Positions 1 through 10,338 of a stretch of 64,000 nt of DNA are shown piece after piece. The translations under genes were made by a program, and so were the position numbers. The notes under the pieces were generated by a model. It was not told where the DNA came from, ran no database searches, and saw only the letters and a list, made by a program, of their open reading frames with translations. Each line of letters starts with the position of its first letter. Within the stretch, counting starts at the first letter, position 1. Origin of the DNA: Candidatus Latescibacterota bacterium (GTDB lineage Bacteria; Latescibacterota; UBA2968); assembly GCA_965222605.1 (NCBI GenBank), contig OZ244960.1, forward strand, positions 768,001 through 832,000. Reading direction: 5' to 3'.

Positions 1-838
1 TCGCTGGTGTCAGGAAATAGAAAATTCCGAAGGGGGCCTGGGTAGCGGTGTCTATATCGGCAATCCCTTCACCGATGTACCCGACCTGCGCTCTAACGTC
101 ATTGTCTTTACCGACAACGATCCCGAACGCGCACACCGCGAAGCAAAACGCATCGCCCAATACATGTGGGACAATCGCGACCATTTCACAGCACCACTCA
201 CCGCGATTCCAGACGCCATACGCCTGGCCGAAGAAACCCAGGGCCTCACCGTCTTTTCAGACGCAGCCGATGCCACATCTTCCGGCGCGTCTGGCGATAG
301 CAACGCCATTCTCAAGGGCCTGTTTGAACACAATTACCAGGGCCGCGCACTCCTGCCCATTGTCGATCCCCCAGCCGTTGAAGCGGCCTTTAATGCAGGT
401 GTAGGTACCTCCATAACCATTCCCATTGGCGGCGCGGTTGACAAAGCGCGTTTTTCCCCCCTCGAATGCGAAGTCTATGTCCAACTGCTCACCGATGGTA
501 CCTATACCACGGGCACGGGCACATCGGGACATGCGGGCAATACGGCAGTTCTTACAACTGGGACCTACAGCATCATGGCGACCACGCGCCCGGTAAGCAT
601 CATGGATCGCAAAGTCTTTGAAGCGCGCGGCCTCGACCCGCGAGACTTTGATCTGGTCGTGTGCAAATCGCCCAATGGCTTTCGGGTTCACTTCGAAGAA
701 ATTGCCGCCCGAATCGTACCTGTTGACGCGCCCGGCTCCACCAGTGCCAATTTAAAAACCCTGCCCTATACCGAATGCCAACGCCCCATATTCCCACTGG
801 ATGATAACGTACAACCTCCAGTAGAAATAGACGGATAG
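1..838 (+). CDS. MlrC/M81-family metallopeptidase, 5' end outside the window
   Basis: Frame is open from base 2 (..GVYIGNPFTDVPDL..) into the 164..838 ORF; DAADATSSGASGD and DLVVCKS..F motifs, C-terminal LPY..RPIFPLD. Confidence 0.8.
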   Translation, partial: RWCQEIENSEGGLGSGVYIGNPFTDVPDLRSNVIVFTDNDPERAHREAKRIAQYMWDNRDHFTAPLTAIPDAIRLAEETQGLTVFSDAADATSSGASGDSNAILKGLFEHNYQGRALLPIVDPPAVEAAFNAGVGTSITIPIGGAVDKARFSPLECEVYVQLLTDGTYTTGTGTSGHAGNTAVLTTGTYSIMATTRPVSIMDRKVFEARGLDPRDFDLVVCKSPNGFRVHFEEIAARIVPVDAPGSTSANLKTLPYTECQRPIFPLDDNVQPPVEIDG

Positions 839-839
839 T

Positions 840-1910
840 ATGATCCACCTGCTATGCCAAATCTGTGGAAAGACCTGTAGCGCCAACACCTTGCAGTGGC
901 GCTGCACCTGCGGTGGCCCCTTTGACCTCCACTTTGAAGCCGAATTAATTGTTGACGCACTTCCGCACCGACCGCCTACCCTGTGGCGCTACCGCGAAGC
1001 CATACCCCTCGCAGACAACGCCCATATCGTCACCCTTGATGAAGGATTCACGCCGCTGACACCCGTAACCATCGCCGGCAAATCCCTCCTCGTCAAACAA
1101 GACCACTTGTTCCCATCCGGCTCGTACAAAGACCGCGGCGCAACCGTTTTGATCAGCCATGCAAAAGCATTGGGCGTTCAGAACATGGTCGAAGATTCGT
1201 CGGGCAATGCCGGTGCGGCTGTCGCGGCTTACGCAGCGCGTGCGGGAATTGCTTGCGACATCTACGTTCCCGACAGCACATCAGCGGCAAAACTCGCACA
1301 AATCCAGAGCTATGGCGCAACCCTTTACAAAATCCCAGGATCGCGGGAAGATACGGCGCGCGCAGTTCAAGACGCGGCGCAAAAACACTTTTATGCAAGC
1401 CATGTCTGGAACCCATTTTTCTTTCAAGGCACCAAAACTTATGCCTATGAAATCTGGGAACAAAACAATTTCAACGCGCCAGATACACTCATCATACCAA
1501 CCGGAAATGGAACGCTACTAATCGGTGCCTATATCGGATTCACAGACCTTCTCAAACAAAATTTGATCACCCACATACCCAAACTCATCGCCGTCCAATC
1601 CGCCCATTGCGCCCCGCTTAAGCCCAACTGGACGTACAAACCCTCCGCGACCATCGCCGAAGGCATCGCCATTGCAGAACCCGCCCGCGCAGCGCAGATT
1701 GTCCAGTGCATTGACAAAACAGGGGGCACCATTCTCACCGTTGACGACGACGAAACGCGCAACGCCCAAAAACTAATGGCCGAAATGGGCTTTTACATCG
1801 AACCCACTTCGGCCACAGCCATTGCAGCTTATGTGAAATACCCCGCTCAAAGAGACGAAATCGTCGTCACTCCCCTCACGGGACACGGTCTAAAAGCTAC
1901 GGGAAAATAA
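840..1910 (+). CDS. thrC: Threonine synthase / PLP fold-type II enzyme
   Basis: N-terminal CxxC..CxCGG, PSGSYKDRG PLP-lysine motif, SSGNAG, PTGNG, EPTSA, LTGHGLK. Confidence 0.85.
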   Translation: MIHLLCQICGKTCSANTLQWRCTCGGPFDLHFEAELIVDALPHRPPTLWRYREAIPLADNAHIVTLDEGFTPLTPVTIAGKSLLVKQDHLFPSGSYKDRGATVLISHAKALGVQNMVEDSSGNAGAAVAAYAARAGIACDIYVPDSTSAAKLAQIQSYGATLYKIPGSREDTARAVQDAAQKHFYASHVWNPFFFQGTKTYAYEIWEQNNFNAPDTLIIPTGNGTLLIGAYIGFTDLLKQNLITHIPKLIAVQSAHCAPLKPNWTYKPSATIAEGIAIAEPARAAQIVQCIDKTGGTILTVDDDETRNAQKLMAEMGFYIEPTSATAIAAYVKYPAQRDEIVVTPLTGHGLKATGK

Positions 1911-1913
1911 CGA

Positions 1914-3305
1914 TCACACCCGCCAGGAAATTTTTTCCCAATCCTCATCCTCGCACTGCTGCACGTATTCTCGCACAATCCGCATCACATCATCGGAACT
2001 CCCCGAACGATCCATATCCACCCAATTTATCGCATCGCGTTTTGCGACCATCCAGCTTTTCAAAATTTCAAAAAGAGCACCCGTCTCAAGATCTGGTTCC
2101 GACTCTGTAGAAAAGTAGAGCCTTTGCAGCGCGTGTTCTGCCGCATCCCAATCGCACAGATCTTTGCGCGCTCGCACCTGGGCAAAAGACGTGCTATCCA
2201 CAACACAAAACAACTCAACGCATTCCAACTCAGCCGATGGCAGAATCAGCACCACATTTTTGAGAGTGCCCAATTCCACATCGCGCTTGTGTACGTCAAC
2301 CTGCGTATTAAACTCGGGCTGGCACAACGCGATCAGTTTCGATTCGAGCAGGAGCGCTTCAAGCTCAGACCCCACCGTCTCAACCTCCATGGACCATATC
2401 CGATCCAAAATCTGCTGCGTCTTTTGCGGTCGTTCCGATCTTTTGGCAAAATAACTGCCCACGCGCTTTCGCAAATCCACCGCCTTGCCCACATAAATCA
2501 CGTCACCCTCGCGATCCCGCATAATATAAACCCCGGGCAACTCGGGCAACGCGCCCAAAAACGCCTCGTCAAAAGCATACGCATCAAAATGTATTGGAAT
2601 GGGATCCGGGTACAGCGCGGCGATCAACTCTCCAATCGTATCAAGCCCCTGCTCTTCACATCGTTCCAAAAGGTGCAACAAAACATCGGCCTGCAAACTG
2701 GCTTCTCCCTCGGCACCGCGATCCGACATAAAAGACAGCCCCATAGCAGAGGCCAAATCCTCAACAGAATGCAATTGGACATCGGGATAAAAACGTCGCC
2801 CCAACCGAAACAGGCAAATCCCAGAATCCACAATCGCTCTGCCCATCGTCAGACGACTCAGCCTATTCAAACTGCGCTGAATTTTTGTCCACTGAAATCC
2901 CGAGGGAATCGCATCTTTCACCTCTTCGGCATAAGAAGCCAATATCTCCTCCCGATCATCCATACGAACCTGAACAGAGGGAAACAGCGTCTCACGCCCG
3001 CGCATCTGCACCTTGCGCCCCGCGAGTGCATAAACCTCAGCATCCGCAGACGGGATCAGTCCAAAACAAAAAAAGGAAACCTCCCACAGAGTCTTGCCCT
3101 GTCCCGGAGGTCTTAAATACCACATGCCACCACCGCCGCATACAAAACGAGGATCGTCATCAATAGCCGCACGCACCACCTTATCCGCTATGGGACCGCG
3201 TGCGCCGTGTAAACCCAGAGCCTCATAAGCCAGCACCTCTGCATGCACGCCCGTACCGCGCTGCTCCAAAAAAGCGTAGATGCGATCCTTAACAGTTGTG
3301 TTCAC
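1914..3305 (-). CDS. GIY-YIG (UvrC/Cho-like) nuclease with a degenerate DNA Pol III epsilon-like N-terminal domain
   Basis: LPELPGVYIMRD..VIYVGKAVDLRKRVGSYF..SELEALLLESKLI..PEFN. Probable GTG start at 3305 (ORF track extends to 3356). Confidence 0.75.
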   Translation of the reverse strand: MNTTVKDRIYAFLEQRGTGVHAEVLAYEALGLHGARGPIADKVVRAAIDDDPRFVCGGGGMWYLRPPGQGKTLWEVSFFCFGLIPSADAEVYALAGRKVQMRGRETLFPSVQVRMDDREEILASYAEEVKDAIPSGFQWTKIQRSLNRLSRLTMGRAIVDSGICLFRLGRRFYPDVQLHSVEDLASAMGLSFMSDRGAEGEASLQADVLLHLLERCEEQGLDTIGELIAALYPDPIPIHFDAYAFDEAFLGALPELPGVYIMRDREGDVIYVGKAVDLRKRVGSYFAKRSERPQKTQQILDRIWSMEVETVGSELEALLLESKLIALCQPEFNTQVDVHKRDVELGTLKNVVLILPSAELECVELFCVVDSTSFAQVRARKDLCDWDAAEHALQRLYFSTESEPDLETGALFEILKSWMVAKRDAINWVDMDRSGSSDDVMRIVREYVQQCEDEDWEKISWRV

Positions 3306-3322
3306 AATTTGTCCTATATATT

Positions 3323-4159
3323 TTATCGAGTTTTGCGCGCAATCGCACACAACCATTCGCTATCTTCCAGCATCTCATCAAGCACCAGATTTGCCCTGTG
3401 CAGCGCCGTGCAAAGAGCCTGGCGCTCGCGGTGCAAAATCCCCCCCAAAATCGCACATCCTTCGGGTTCCAGTCGCTTTGCCAATTCTGGAACCATAGGC
3501 AATAAAATACTGCTGATAATATTGGCAACCACCACATCAAAAACCCCGGACACCCTATCAACAGAATGCTGCTCTAAAACCACCTTTGCATCCACACCAT
3601 TTAAAATACAGTTGGCTCGGGCATTCTCAATCGCAGCCGCCTCAACATCCACAGCCATGACCTCAACCGCGCCCAACTTCACAGCCGCAATACTCAAAAT
3701 CCCCGATCCCGTCCCAACATCCAGCACCCGATCTCCTGTGATTATCTTCTTCTCTAAACCCAAAAGTGCCAGACGCGTTGTCTCATGATGCCCGGTGCCA
3801 AATGCCATTTGAGGATCAATCGCGATTGTAAAACCGTCGGAAGGATCGGGCACTCTGTCCCATGGGGGACAAATTGCCATGCGAGGGGTTGGATAAACAG
3901 GCTCAAAAAAGGAACGCCATGCCAGTGTCCAATCCGTATCGGGCACCGGATCAAAGCAGCATTCATTGGGCATCAGAGCCTGTCGTATCTGCGCTTCAAA
4001 GGCGCGACTCTGCACCGCCTTAAAATACGCCGTCAGCCGAACTCCGTCGCTTATGTCCTCTTCCACCACACCACAACAGCCCAGCTCAAACAATTGGGCA
4101 GAAACAATTTCAACCTTTGCCCGAGGCAATACTAAAGATACTTGAAAATAGGTATTCAC
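3323..4159 (-). CDS. prmA: Ribosomal protein L11 methyltransferase
   Basis: DW..AW..FF.P, IDPQMAFGTGHHETT, VLDVGTGSGILSI, VVANI. GTG start at 4159 avoids overlap with the upstream gene. Confidence 0.93.
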   Translation of the reverse strand: MNTYFQVSLVLPRAKVEIVSAQLFELGCCGVVEEDISDGVRLTAYFKAVQSRAFEAQIRQALMPNECCFDPVPDTDWTLAWRSFFEPVYPTPRMAICPPWDRVPDPSDGFTIAIDPQMAFGTGHHETTRLALLGLEKKIITGDRVLDVGTGSGILSIAAVKLGAVEVMAVDVEAAAIENARANCILNGVDAKVVLEQHSVDRVSGVFDVVVANIISSILLPMVPELAKRLEPEGCAILGGILHRERQALCTALHRANLVLDEMLEDSEWLCAIARKTR

Positions 4160-4163
4160 TTTC

Positions 4164-6116
4164 TCACCACGAATGCGTGCGATGGCCTTGTCCCGGAAAC
4201 CAAATCTGATCGACAAAAAACGACAGGAGCACGCCTAATGCATGGCCTACGAGCAGACCCAAAAAGAAGGGACGCAAACGCCGATAGAGATCCACGCCGC
4301 CTATGCGTAAAATGATCGATTTGATGCCCCAGGCCATAAAAACAGAAAAAACCGAATGCACGGCGTGCGTCAGCGGCACAACCATGCCGATAGGCGCGAG
4401 GGGCCACCACGCAAAACGGTAGCGCATCAGACTCACCACGGCAAAAATGCCAATGCCTAACAGCAAAAACAGGGGACGCTCATTCTCCCATTTTTCTTCG
4501 CCTTTGAGTGCCGTGACCAGCGCATCGTAGGTCCGCGGAGGATAGCGCGTAAATGGAAAATCGTTGAAATTATAAGCCCCGTGCAAATAGCCCAGATAGA
4601 GCGAATAGGCAATTGCTGCGCCAATGCCAATCACGAGCGTCAGTCCAATGCCCAAAATGAGCCGCTTCTTATTTCTTCCCGCCATATCTGCAATGCGCGC
4701 CGCATGCACGAGCGGGGGCATAAACATCGCTTTGCTCTGTGAGCGAACCGAGTCAACCAGGCGCAATGCCGTCAGTGTTGACCCGTCAAATGATTTGGGT
4801 CCAAAAATAAAAGGCAAGAGGCCGCTGGGCGACATTGGCATGCTAAAATAAATCACGCCGGTCTCGGCAATCACCCGTGCCGTGCCCAGATAAGTAACAA
4901 AAATACCCAGCGTAAGAGCAATCGCAACAGCCCAGCTAATGCCCACAGCCTGGAACCAGAAGATCAAGAAAATCAGACTAAACAACAGACCAAACGCACA
5001 CGCGCGGTACGAAAGCATCTCGTCTGAATCATCGATCTGCCGATCTCCGCGAAACGCTTTGACAAACACATCGCGAATGTGGAACCGCGCCATCCACAAC
5101 CCGAATAAAACCATCGCCACAAACGCGCCTCCGGCTTGTAGCGAGGTCGTCGCATCGCCAGCCTCCCCTTTATTACTCAGGTTAATCCCCACGCGCCTGT
5201 AAAACATAACTTGCACGCAGTAAAACAAATAAAATACCCAGATGGAAAACAGCACATCCAGGTTGGCAAAATAGGCAAAACCCACAGTATAAAAATTAAA
5301 CCGCACGTGGATGCGCGGAAAATACACGCCCATGTGCATCCACCCCGGTCCCAGGCTGATACTCGGAAATCCGGGCGAAAAATAACTGATGATATTCCAG
5401 GACAGGATGAGAAAAGGAATGGCAGCGCCAAATAGAAAAAATTTATTCTTCAAAAGGGGTACTTTGTACTCTGCTTCGGCCAGATCACCTGCCGGATGCA
5501 AAATGGGATATGCCAATCGCTCATGGTCTGCCCATTGCTTGCGCAACATAACCGCCAGACAAATGCACCCCACCACAATGGCGGCAATAAACGTCATCCA
5601 TCCAAACAAAGGCACAAACCACACGCCCCAGGGAATGGGCATATCCGGGCTGGGCATCCCTTCAAACAACCACTGCATAGCCCCGCCTTCATTGGAGGGA
5701 ATCAACCAGTTGGGCAAGTACTGATGAAAATAACTTCCCCACTGATTCTCGGGCGTGGCGAGATAATACGGAATAGAGATCATGCCCAAAAAATAACTCG
5801 TCAATCCATAGGCCGGAACAGCAGCCCCCACCAATCCCATCGCCAGAATCGTCCACACTTCGGTACTCGTCAATGCCCATGGGGCATGCCATCGGCGGGC
5901 GAGTGCATTGCCCAATGTCAACACCACATAAGGCGCAAACAGGGCAATTGGAAAATGTGTGATATTCATACGCGCGGTATGGGCGATATATTCGACATAA
6001 GTATTCCACCCAATAACGACCAGCGCGAGTGCCAATCCCAAGATGATCGACCGCGCAGTCACACCTTCCTGCGCGGCGAGTGCATCGCGATCAACGAGTC
6101 CCTCCCCAAGTGCCAT
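4164..6116 (-). CDS. Polytopic membrane protein, DUF6785/DUF6784-like (putative transporter)
   Basis: 650 aa, many TM segments; RKQWADHERLAYP, RVIAETG, WWPLAPIG, PFFLGLLVG motifs shared with the paralog at 47560..49491. Confidence 0.7.
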   Translation of the reverse strand: MALGEGLVDRDALAAQEGVTARSIILGLALALVVIGWNTYVEYIAHTARMNITHFPIALFAPYVVLTLGNALARRWHAPWALTSTEVWTILAMGLVGAAVPAYGLTSYFLGMISIPYYLATPENQWGSYFHQYLPNWLIPSNEGGAMQWLFEGMPSPDMPIPWGVWFVPLFGWMTFIAAIVVGCICLAVMLRKQWADHERLAYPILHPAGDLAEAEYKVPLLKNKFFLFGAAIPFLILSWNIISYFSPGFPSISLGPGWMHMGVYFPRIHVRFNFYTVGFAYFANLDVLFSIWVFYLFYCVQVMFYRRVGINLSNKGEAGDATTSLQAGGAFVAMVLFGLWMARFHIRDVFVKAFRGDRQIDDSDEMLSYRACAFGLLFSLIFLIFWFQAVGISWAVAIALTLGIFVTYLGTARVIAETGVIYFSMPMSPSGLLPFIFGPKSFDGSTLTALRLVDSVRSQSKAMFMPPLVHAARIADMAGRNKKRLILGIGLTLVIGIGAAIAYSLYLGYLHGAYNFNDFPFTRYPPRTYDALVTALKGEEKWENERPLFLLLGIGIFAVVSLMRYRFAWWPLAPIGMVVPLTHAVHSVFSVFMAWGIKSIILRIGGVDLYRRLRPFFLGLLVGHALGVLLSFFVDQIWFPGQGHRTHSW

Positions 6117-6167
6117 CGTATAATATCTTCTCCCATTTTGTATGCCTGTTACATACAGGCGAATTTA

Positions 6168-6629
6168 TCATGGCTTCAATTTTTCAAAAAACTGTTGGCG
6201 ATCCCGTTGAAAAACAACCCGCACTTTTTCTGCAATCTCCACGAGATGCGCGAGTTTTTCAAAATCCAATTCTGAAAGATATGCATGCCTGAAAAAATGC
6301 CGAAATCGGCGCAATTCATCTAAAAGGGTAAACGCCTCCTCAGATATACATGCAGGACGAATACCCTCAATCGTCAAACGCATTCGACGCAGCAAATCTG
6401 TGTGATAACGCTCGCCCGCGATATTATTTTCAAAAAATTGGGCAATTATTTCAAACACCTGTTCAAAAGCGCAATAGAGGTTGTGAAGCTGATATCCCAT
6501 GCTATCGAGACTTTCTGTGCGATTGCCAAATTCGGAATGTCGTTCCTCAATGCGCGCGTAGATCTGATCAATCTGCCCATAGAGATCTTCTACTTCCGCC
6601 TTTAACAGGGCGTATCTTGCTTCATCCAT
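6168..6629 (-). CDS. HEPN-domain RNase toxin (HepT-like)
   Basis: LHNLY.AFE..F..IA..FEN, H..LL..M, LRRFRHFFRHAY (Rx4H); coupled to an upstream nucleotidyltransferase. Confidence 0.85.
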   Translation of the reverse strand: MDEARYALLKAEVEDLYGQIDQIYARIEERHSEFGNRTESLDSMGYQLHNLYCAFEQVFEIIAQFFENNIAGERYHTDLLRRMRLTIEGIRPACISEEAFTLLDELRRFRHFFRHAYLSELDFEKLAHLVEIAEKVRVVFQRDRQQFFEKLKP

Positions 6630-6960
6630 AAATTTTCATTCCTTTTTGCCGAAAACGATCCGCAGACATGTGTAAATCCAGATCAATCACATCCACATCC
6701 CGATCAACAGCATCTTCGACGACCTTCATCACATCCAGAACGCGACCAGGAGCACCACCGATTGCCACATCGACATCGGACTTGTGATCCCATCGGTGAA
6801 AAAAAAGAAGCGATCCAACGATAAATGCCTCGCGCACGCCATACTTCTCTCGACAAACGCGCAACGCACTCGCCACTCGATCTATAAGCACGACCCGCTC
6901 CCAATTTCTCTGCCTGCGCCGTGTCTTCAACGTTCTATCGAGAACATCCGTCTCAAACAT
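6622..6960 (-). CDS. Minimal nucleotidyltransferase antitoxin (MntA-like)
   Basis: FIVGSL..SDVDVAI..VDVIDLD; probable ATG at 6960 with GAGGTG RBS; 8-bp overlap with the HEPN gene. Confidence 0.82.
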   Translation of the reverse strand: MFETDVLDRTLKTRRRQRNWERVVLIDRVASALRVCREKYGVREAFIVGSLLFFHRWDHKSDVDVAIGGAPGRVLDVMKVVEDAVDRDVDVIDLDLHMSADRFRQKGMKIYG

Positions 6961-7108
6961 ATCGCCCACCTCACGAGAAAATTCAGGTGTCCAATATATA
7001 CAAATATCCAGCGGGGAACAATGAGCAAGCAATGGGCGAGAAGCGATGAACAAAAAACTCCCGATCTCTTTCAAGACCGGGAGCAGTATTTTTCAGTGAC
7101 GTCCGATA

Positions 7109-7747
7109 TTATCTAAAGAACACCGACACGCCACCTCTTACAAAATGACGTTTGATGCGGTCTTCTCCAGCAAATAAGACCGAGTACCCATACATTATGT
7201 TCAGAGCCGTGTGTTTTGATAGCACCTGGCGCGTGCCTGCGCCACCGCCCAATTCACTAACATTGCCCCATCCCCAAAAATCGCGTGCGGCAAAGGCCTC
7301 TAAAAACGGAAAGGTGCGATTTTTAATTTTCATGGGAATATTCAACCGATAAAAACCCGACACCGAAGACCCAAACCCGTCATCCACCGTCAAATAACGC
7401 CCTCGGGCATCTATTGTTGCATTGTCCAGCACTGGCGTTAGATCGTCCCGGTCAGAAAAATCGAGACCTGCGCGCCGGTCGTATTGTCTATTGCCCGCAA
7501 TAAAAGAACCGCCAATTTGATGCCATCGGCTAATCGAATAAGCCACTTGAACCCCGGCGCGATAGAACACGCTGCTACCTGAAAACCGAACAGACATAAT
7601 CGGCGTCACTTCCAATTGTCCCGCGCGAATAGGACCTATATTGACCCCACCTTCACCCGTTTTTTCTTTTTCACCGACCACATCGGCCTGAGCAGGTGTG
7701 CCCAAAGCCAACAGCCCGGCAACCAAACACATCAGCCAGTGTTTCAT
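7109..7747 (-). CDS. Outer-membrane beta-barrel protein
   Basis: Signal peptide (..TPAQA), alternating beta-strand pattern, C-terminal GGVSVFFR; AGGAGGAG RBS. Confidence 0.65.
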   Translation of the reverse strand: MKHWLMCLVAGLLALGTPAQADVVGEKEKTGEGGVNIGPIRAGQLEVTPIMSVRFSGSSVFYRAGVQVAYSISRWHQIGGSFIAGNRQYDRRAGLDFSDRDDLTPVLDNATIDARGRYLTVDDGFGSSVSGFYRLNIPMKIKNRTFPFLEAFAARDFWGWGNVSELGGGAGTRQVLSKHTALNIMYGYSVLFAGEDRIKRHFVRGGVSVFFR

Positions 7748-7961
7748 AGTATCTCCTCCTGAAAGGTTCTACCCCGGCGTTTAGACTAAAATATCCAAAA
7801 AAAACACCGCTGTCAATGGCTCTTATTCGCAGCCAGTGCCGAGACACTATGAACTTTTTGAGAACACACATGTATTGACATAAAAACGCAACTTGACGTA
7901 CCTTCGTGTTCCCCGTTAATTGTTGCGCTGGCACGAGTGCTACATTTTAGAAAGGACTCTC

Positions 7962-8942
7962 ATGGCAAAAAAGGCATTGATCACCGGCATCACGGGACAA
8001 GATGGCTCTTATCTGGCAGAACTCCTGCTCGATAAGGGTTACGAAGTACACGGCATTGTCAGGCGTGTAGCCCTCGAAGACCCCGCACATCGCCTCGGAC
8101 GCATCACCCACTTGCAGCACAAAGTAGAACTCCATCCCGCATCGCTCGAAAGCTTTCCCAGCATCTACAATGTCGTGCGTATCATCCGCCCCGACGAGTG
8201 TTACCACCTCGCAGCGCAAAGCTTTGTCGATACCTCCTTCAAAGACGCATTTTCAACACTCAATATCAACATCAATGGCACGCACTATGTCCTCGAAGCC
8301 CTCAATGAACTCGTGCCCGAATGTCGGTTCTATTTTGCCGGATCGAGCGAAATGTTTGGCAAAGCCGAAGAAGTACCCCAAACGGAAATTACGCGCTTTC
8401 ATCCGCGCTCGCCCTATGGCATCTCCAAAGTCGCGGGATTTGACCTGACCCGCAACTATCGAGAAGCTTATGGCCTGTACGCCGCCAGCGGCATCTTGTT
8501 CAACCACGAATCCCCTCGCCGGGGATTTGAATTTGTCACCCGCAAAATTACCTCCCACGTCGCGCGCATCAAACTCGGGCAAATCGGCCACCTCTCGCTC
8601 GGCAACCTCGATGCCAAACGCGACTGGGGGCACGCGCGCGAATACGTCAAAGCCATGTGGATGATGCTCCAACAAGACGCACCCGACGACTATGTCATCG
8701 CAACCGGCAAAACCCATTCGGTGCGCGAATTTTGCGAAATCGCCTTCTCACACGTCGGCCTCGACTATCGCGAATACGTGCAAATTGATCCGCGATTCTT
8801 GCGCCCCGCCGAAGTCGATCTGCTCATAGGCGATTGCACCAAAGCCAAAGACAAACTCAACTGGACTTACGACATCGGCTTTGAAGACCTCGTAAAAGAA
8901 ATGGTTGACTCAGACCTCAGCCTGTTCTCAAAAAATTCATAA
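7962..8942 (+). CDS. gmd: GDP-mannose 4,6-dehydratase
   Basis: KKALITGITGQDGSYLAE, LAAQSFV, PRSPYGISK, LFNHESPRRG.EFVTRKIT, LGNLDAKRDWG. Confidence 0.96.
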   Translation: MAKKALITGITGQDGSYLAELLLDKGYEVHGIVRRVALEDPAHRLGRITHLQHKVELHPASLESFPSIYNVVRIIRPDECYHLAAQSFVDTSFKDAFSTLNININGTHYVLEALNELVPECRFYFAGSSEMFGKAEEVPQTEITRFHPRSPYGISKVAGFDLTRNYREAYGLYAASGILFNHESPRRGFEFVTRKITSHVARIKLGQIGHLSLGNLDAKRDWGHAREYVKAMWMMLQQDAPDDYVIATGKTHSVREFCEIAFSHVGLDYREYVQIDPRFLRPAEVDLLIGDCTKAKDKLNWTYDIGFEDLVKEMVDSDLSLFSKNS

Positions 8943-8959
8943 CCCAAAAGGAGCTTGAT

Positions 8960-10015
8960 ATGTCTCGCATCGGACGCGCCGCAGTGATGAGCGGCGAAAA
9001 ATTTGAAATACGCGAATATCCCGTTCCCGATCCAGAACCGGGATCGATTTTGCTCAAACAAGAACTCGCCGGCATCTGTGGCACAGACCTGCACAACTGG
9101 GAATATCAGCGGTTGCAGGGCGAGATCATTCTCGGCCACGAAAATGTCGGCATCATCGACAGCCTGGGATCGGGTGTAGAAACCGATTCCCTGGGCAATC
9201 CCATCGCGCCCGGAGATCGGGTTCTCTTCGCGCCCGGCACAAATCGCGGTGCGTACGGTTTTTTGCAAGCCGAAGAAGCTCCTTATTTGCGGGGTGGTTT
9301 TGGTGAATACATCTACCTGTGGAACCCCGATACTCTGGTGCTCAAAACCGATATGCCCGCCGAAGTTGCGGTCATCACCGAGCCTTTTACCATTGGCGTA
9401 CACGGCGCGATGCGTTCGGGCCTGCAATTTGGCGACACCGTTGTCGTACAGGGATCGGGAGCTATTGGCCTGCTCACGCTCGTCGCCGCCAAAGTCAGCG
9501 GCGCAGGGCGGCTCATCATGGTCGGCGGCCCCAAAGGGCGTTTGGAACTGGCCGAACGACTCGGCGCAGATCTCACCATCGACATTGCCGACATATCCGA
9601 TCCCGAAGAACGCACCCAAATCGTGCGCGAAAATACGCCCCGCGGCGAAGGCGCCGACGTCGTCTTTGAATGCGCGGGATTTTTGCCCGCCATTCCCGAA
9701 GGCGTCACATTCCTGCGGCGCAGCGGCACCTATGTCGCCATGGGCCATTTTGTCGATGTGGGATCTTTTGATTGCAATCCCAACCAGATGTTTATGCGCC
9801 GCAACATGCGCCTCGAAGCCGTGTGGGCAAGCGCGCCCGAACACTTTGTGCGCGCGCTCCCCATCCTCGAGCGAAACGAATATCCCTTTGCCGACCTCGT
9901 CAGCCACACCATACCCATTGACCGCGTAGCCGAAGGGTTCAACGCCCTGCACAGCGGGTATCATCTCGACGACAAAGACACGATCAAAATTGCAATAAAA
10001 GGCGGGCTTGTCTAA
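8960..10015 (+). CDS. Zinc-binding (MDR) alcohol dehydrogenase
   Basis: GICGTDLH, LGHENVG, GSGAIG Rossmann motif, DVVFECAG. Confidence 0.88.
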   Translation: MSRIGRAAVMSGEKFEIREYPVPDPEPGSILLKQELAGICGTDLHNWEYQRLQGEIILGHENVGIIDSLGSGVETDSLGNPIAPGDRVLFAPGTNRGAYGFLQAEEAPYLRGGFGEYIYLWNPDTLVLKTDMPAEVAVITEPFTIGVHGAMRSGLQFGDTVVVQGSGAIGLLTLVAAKVSGAGRLIMVGGPKGRLELAERLGADLTIDIADISDPEERTQIVRENTPRGEGADVVFECAGFLPAIPEGVTFLRRSGTYVAMGHFVDVGSFDCNPNQMFMRRNMRLEAVWASAPEHFVRALPILERNEYPFADLVSHTIPIDRVAEGFNALHSGYHLDDKDTIKIAIKGGLV

Positions 10016-10050
10016 ATTTTCAAAGAAGGCTTTAATGCGGTAATATTGTA

Positions 10051-10080
10051 AGGGGATCGGGCAACCGATCCTCTTTTTTT
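10051..10080 (+). terminator. Rho-independent terminator
   Basis: GGATCGG-GCAA-CCGATCC hairpin followed by a T-run, after the dehydrogenase stop. Confidence 0.8.
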
Positions 10081-10212
10081 AGCAAATTACTGAGTAAAAG
10101 TCTCCTGTAATTTAGCACCTGAATAGGTTTTTACCCGAGCGATGAGCCTTCTTCGACATCAAGTTCAACACATGCTTTGATTGCCAATGGGGTTGAAATA
10201 GACGTTGAACAG

Positions 10213-10338
10213 GTGTATCCCGGCGTTTACAGTAGTGTATCCCACTGTTTACACTTTATTTATTTTTATATAAATCAATCAGTTATTTGTATTTTTACTT
10301 GAATTAGCAATTACAAGTGTATCCTGTCGTTTACACTT
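10213..10338 (+). promoter_or_regulatory. Three candidate enhancer-binding-protein sites plus an IHF site
   Basis: GTGTATCC-N4-GTTTACA at 10213, 10235 and 10317; IHF consensus WATCAANNNNTTR matched by AATCAATCAGTTA at 10273-10285. Confidence 0.65.

Noticed and set aside
2124-3116. 330-aa plus-strand ORF
   Set aside because: Antisense shadow of the GIY-YIG gene with no recognisable motifs
8867-9964. 365-aa minus-strand ORF
   Set aside because: Antisense shadow of the zinc dehydrogenase
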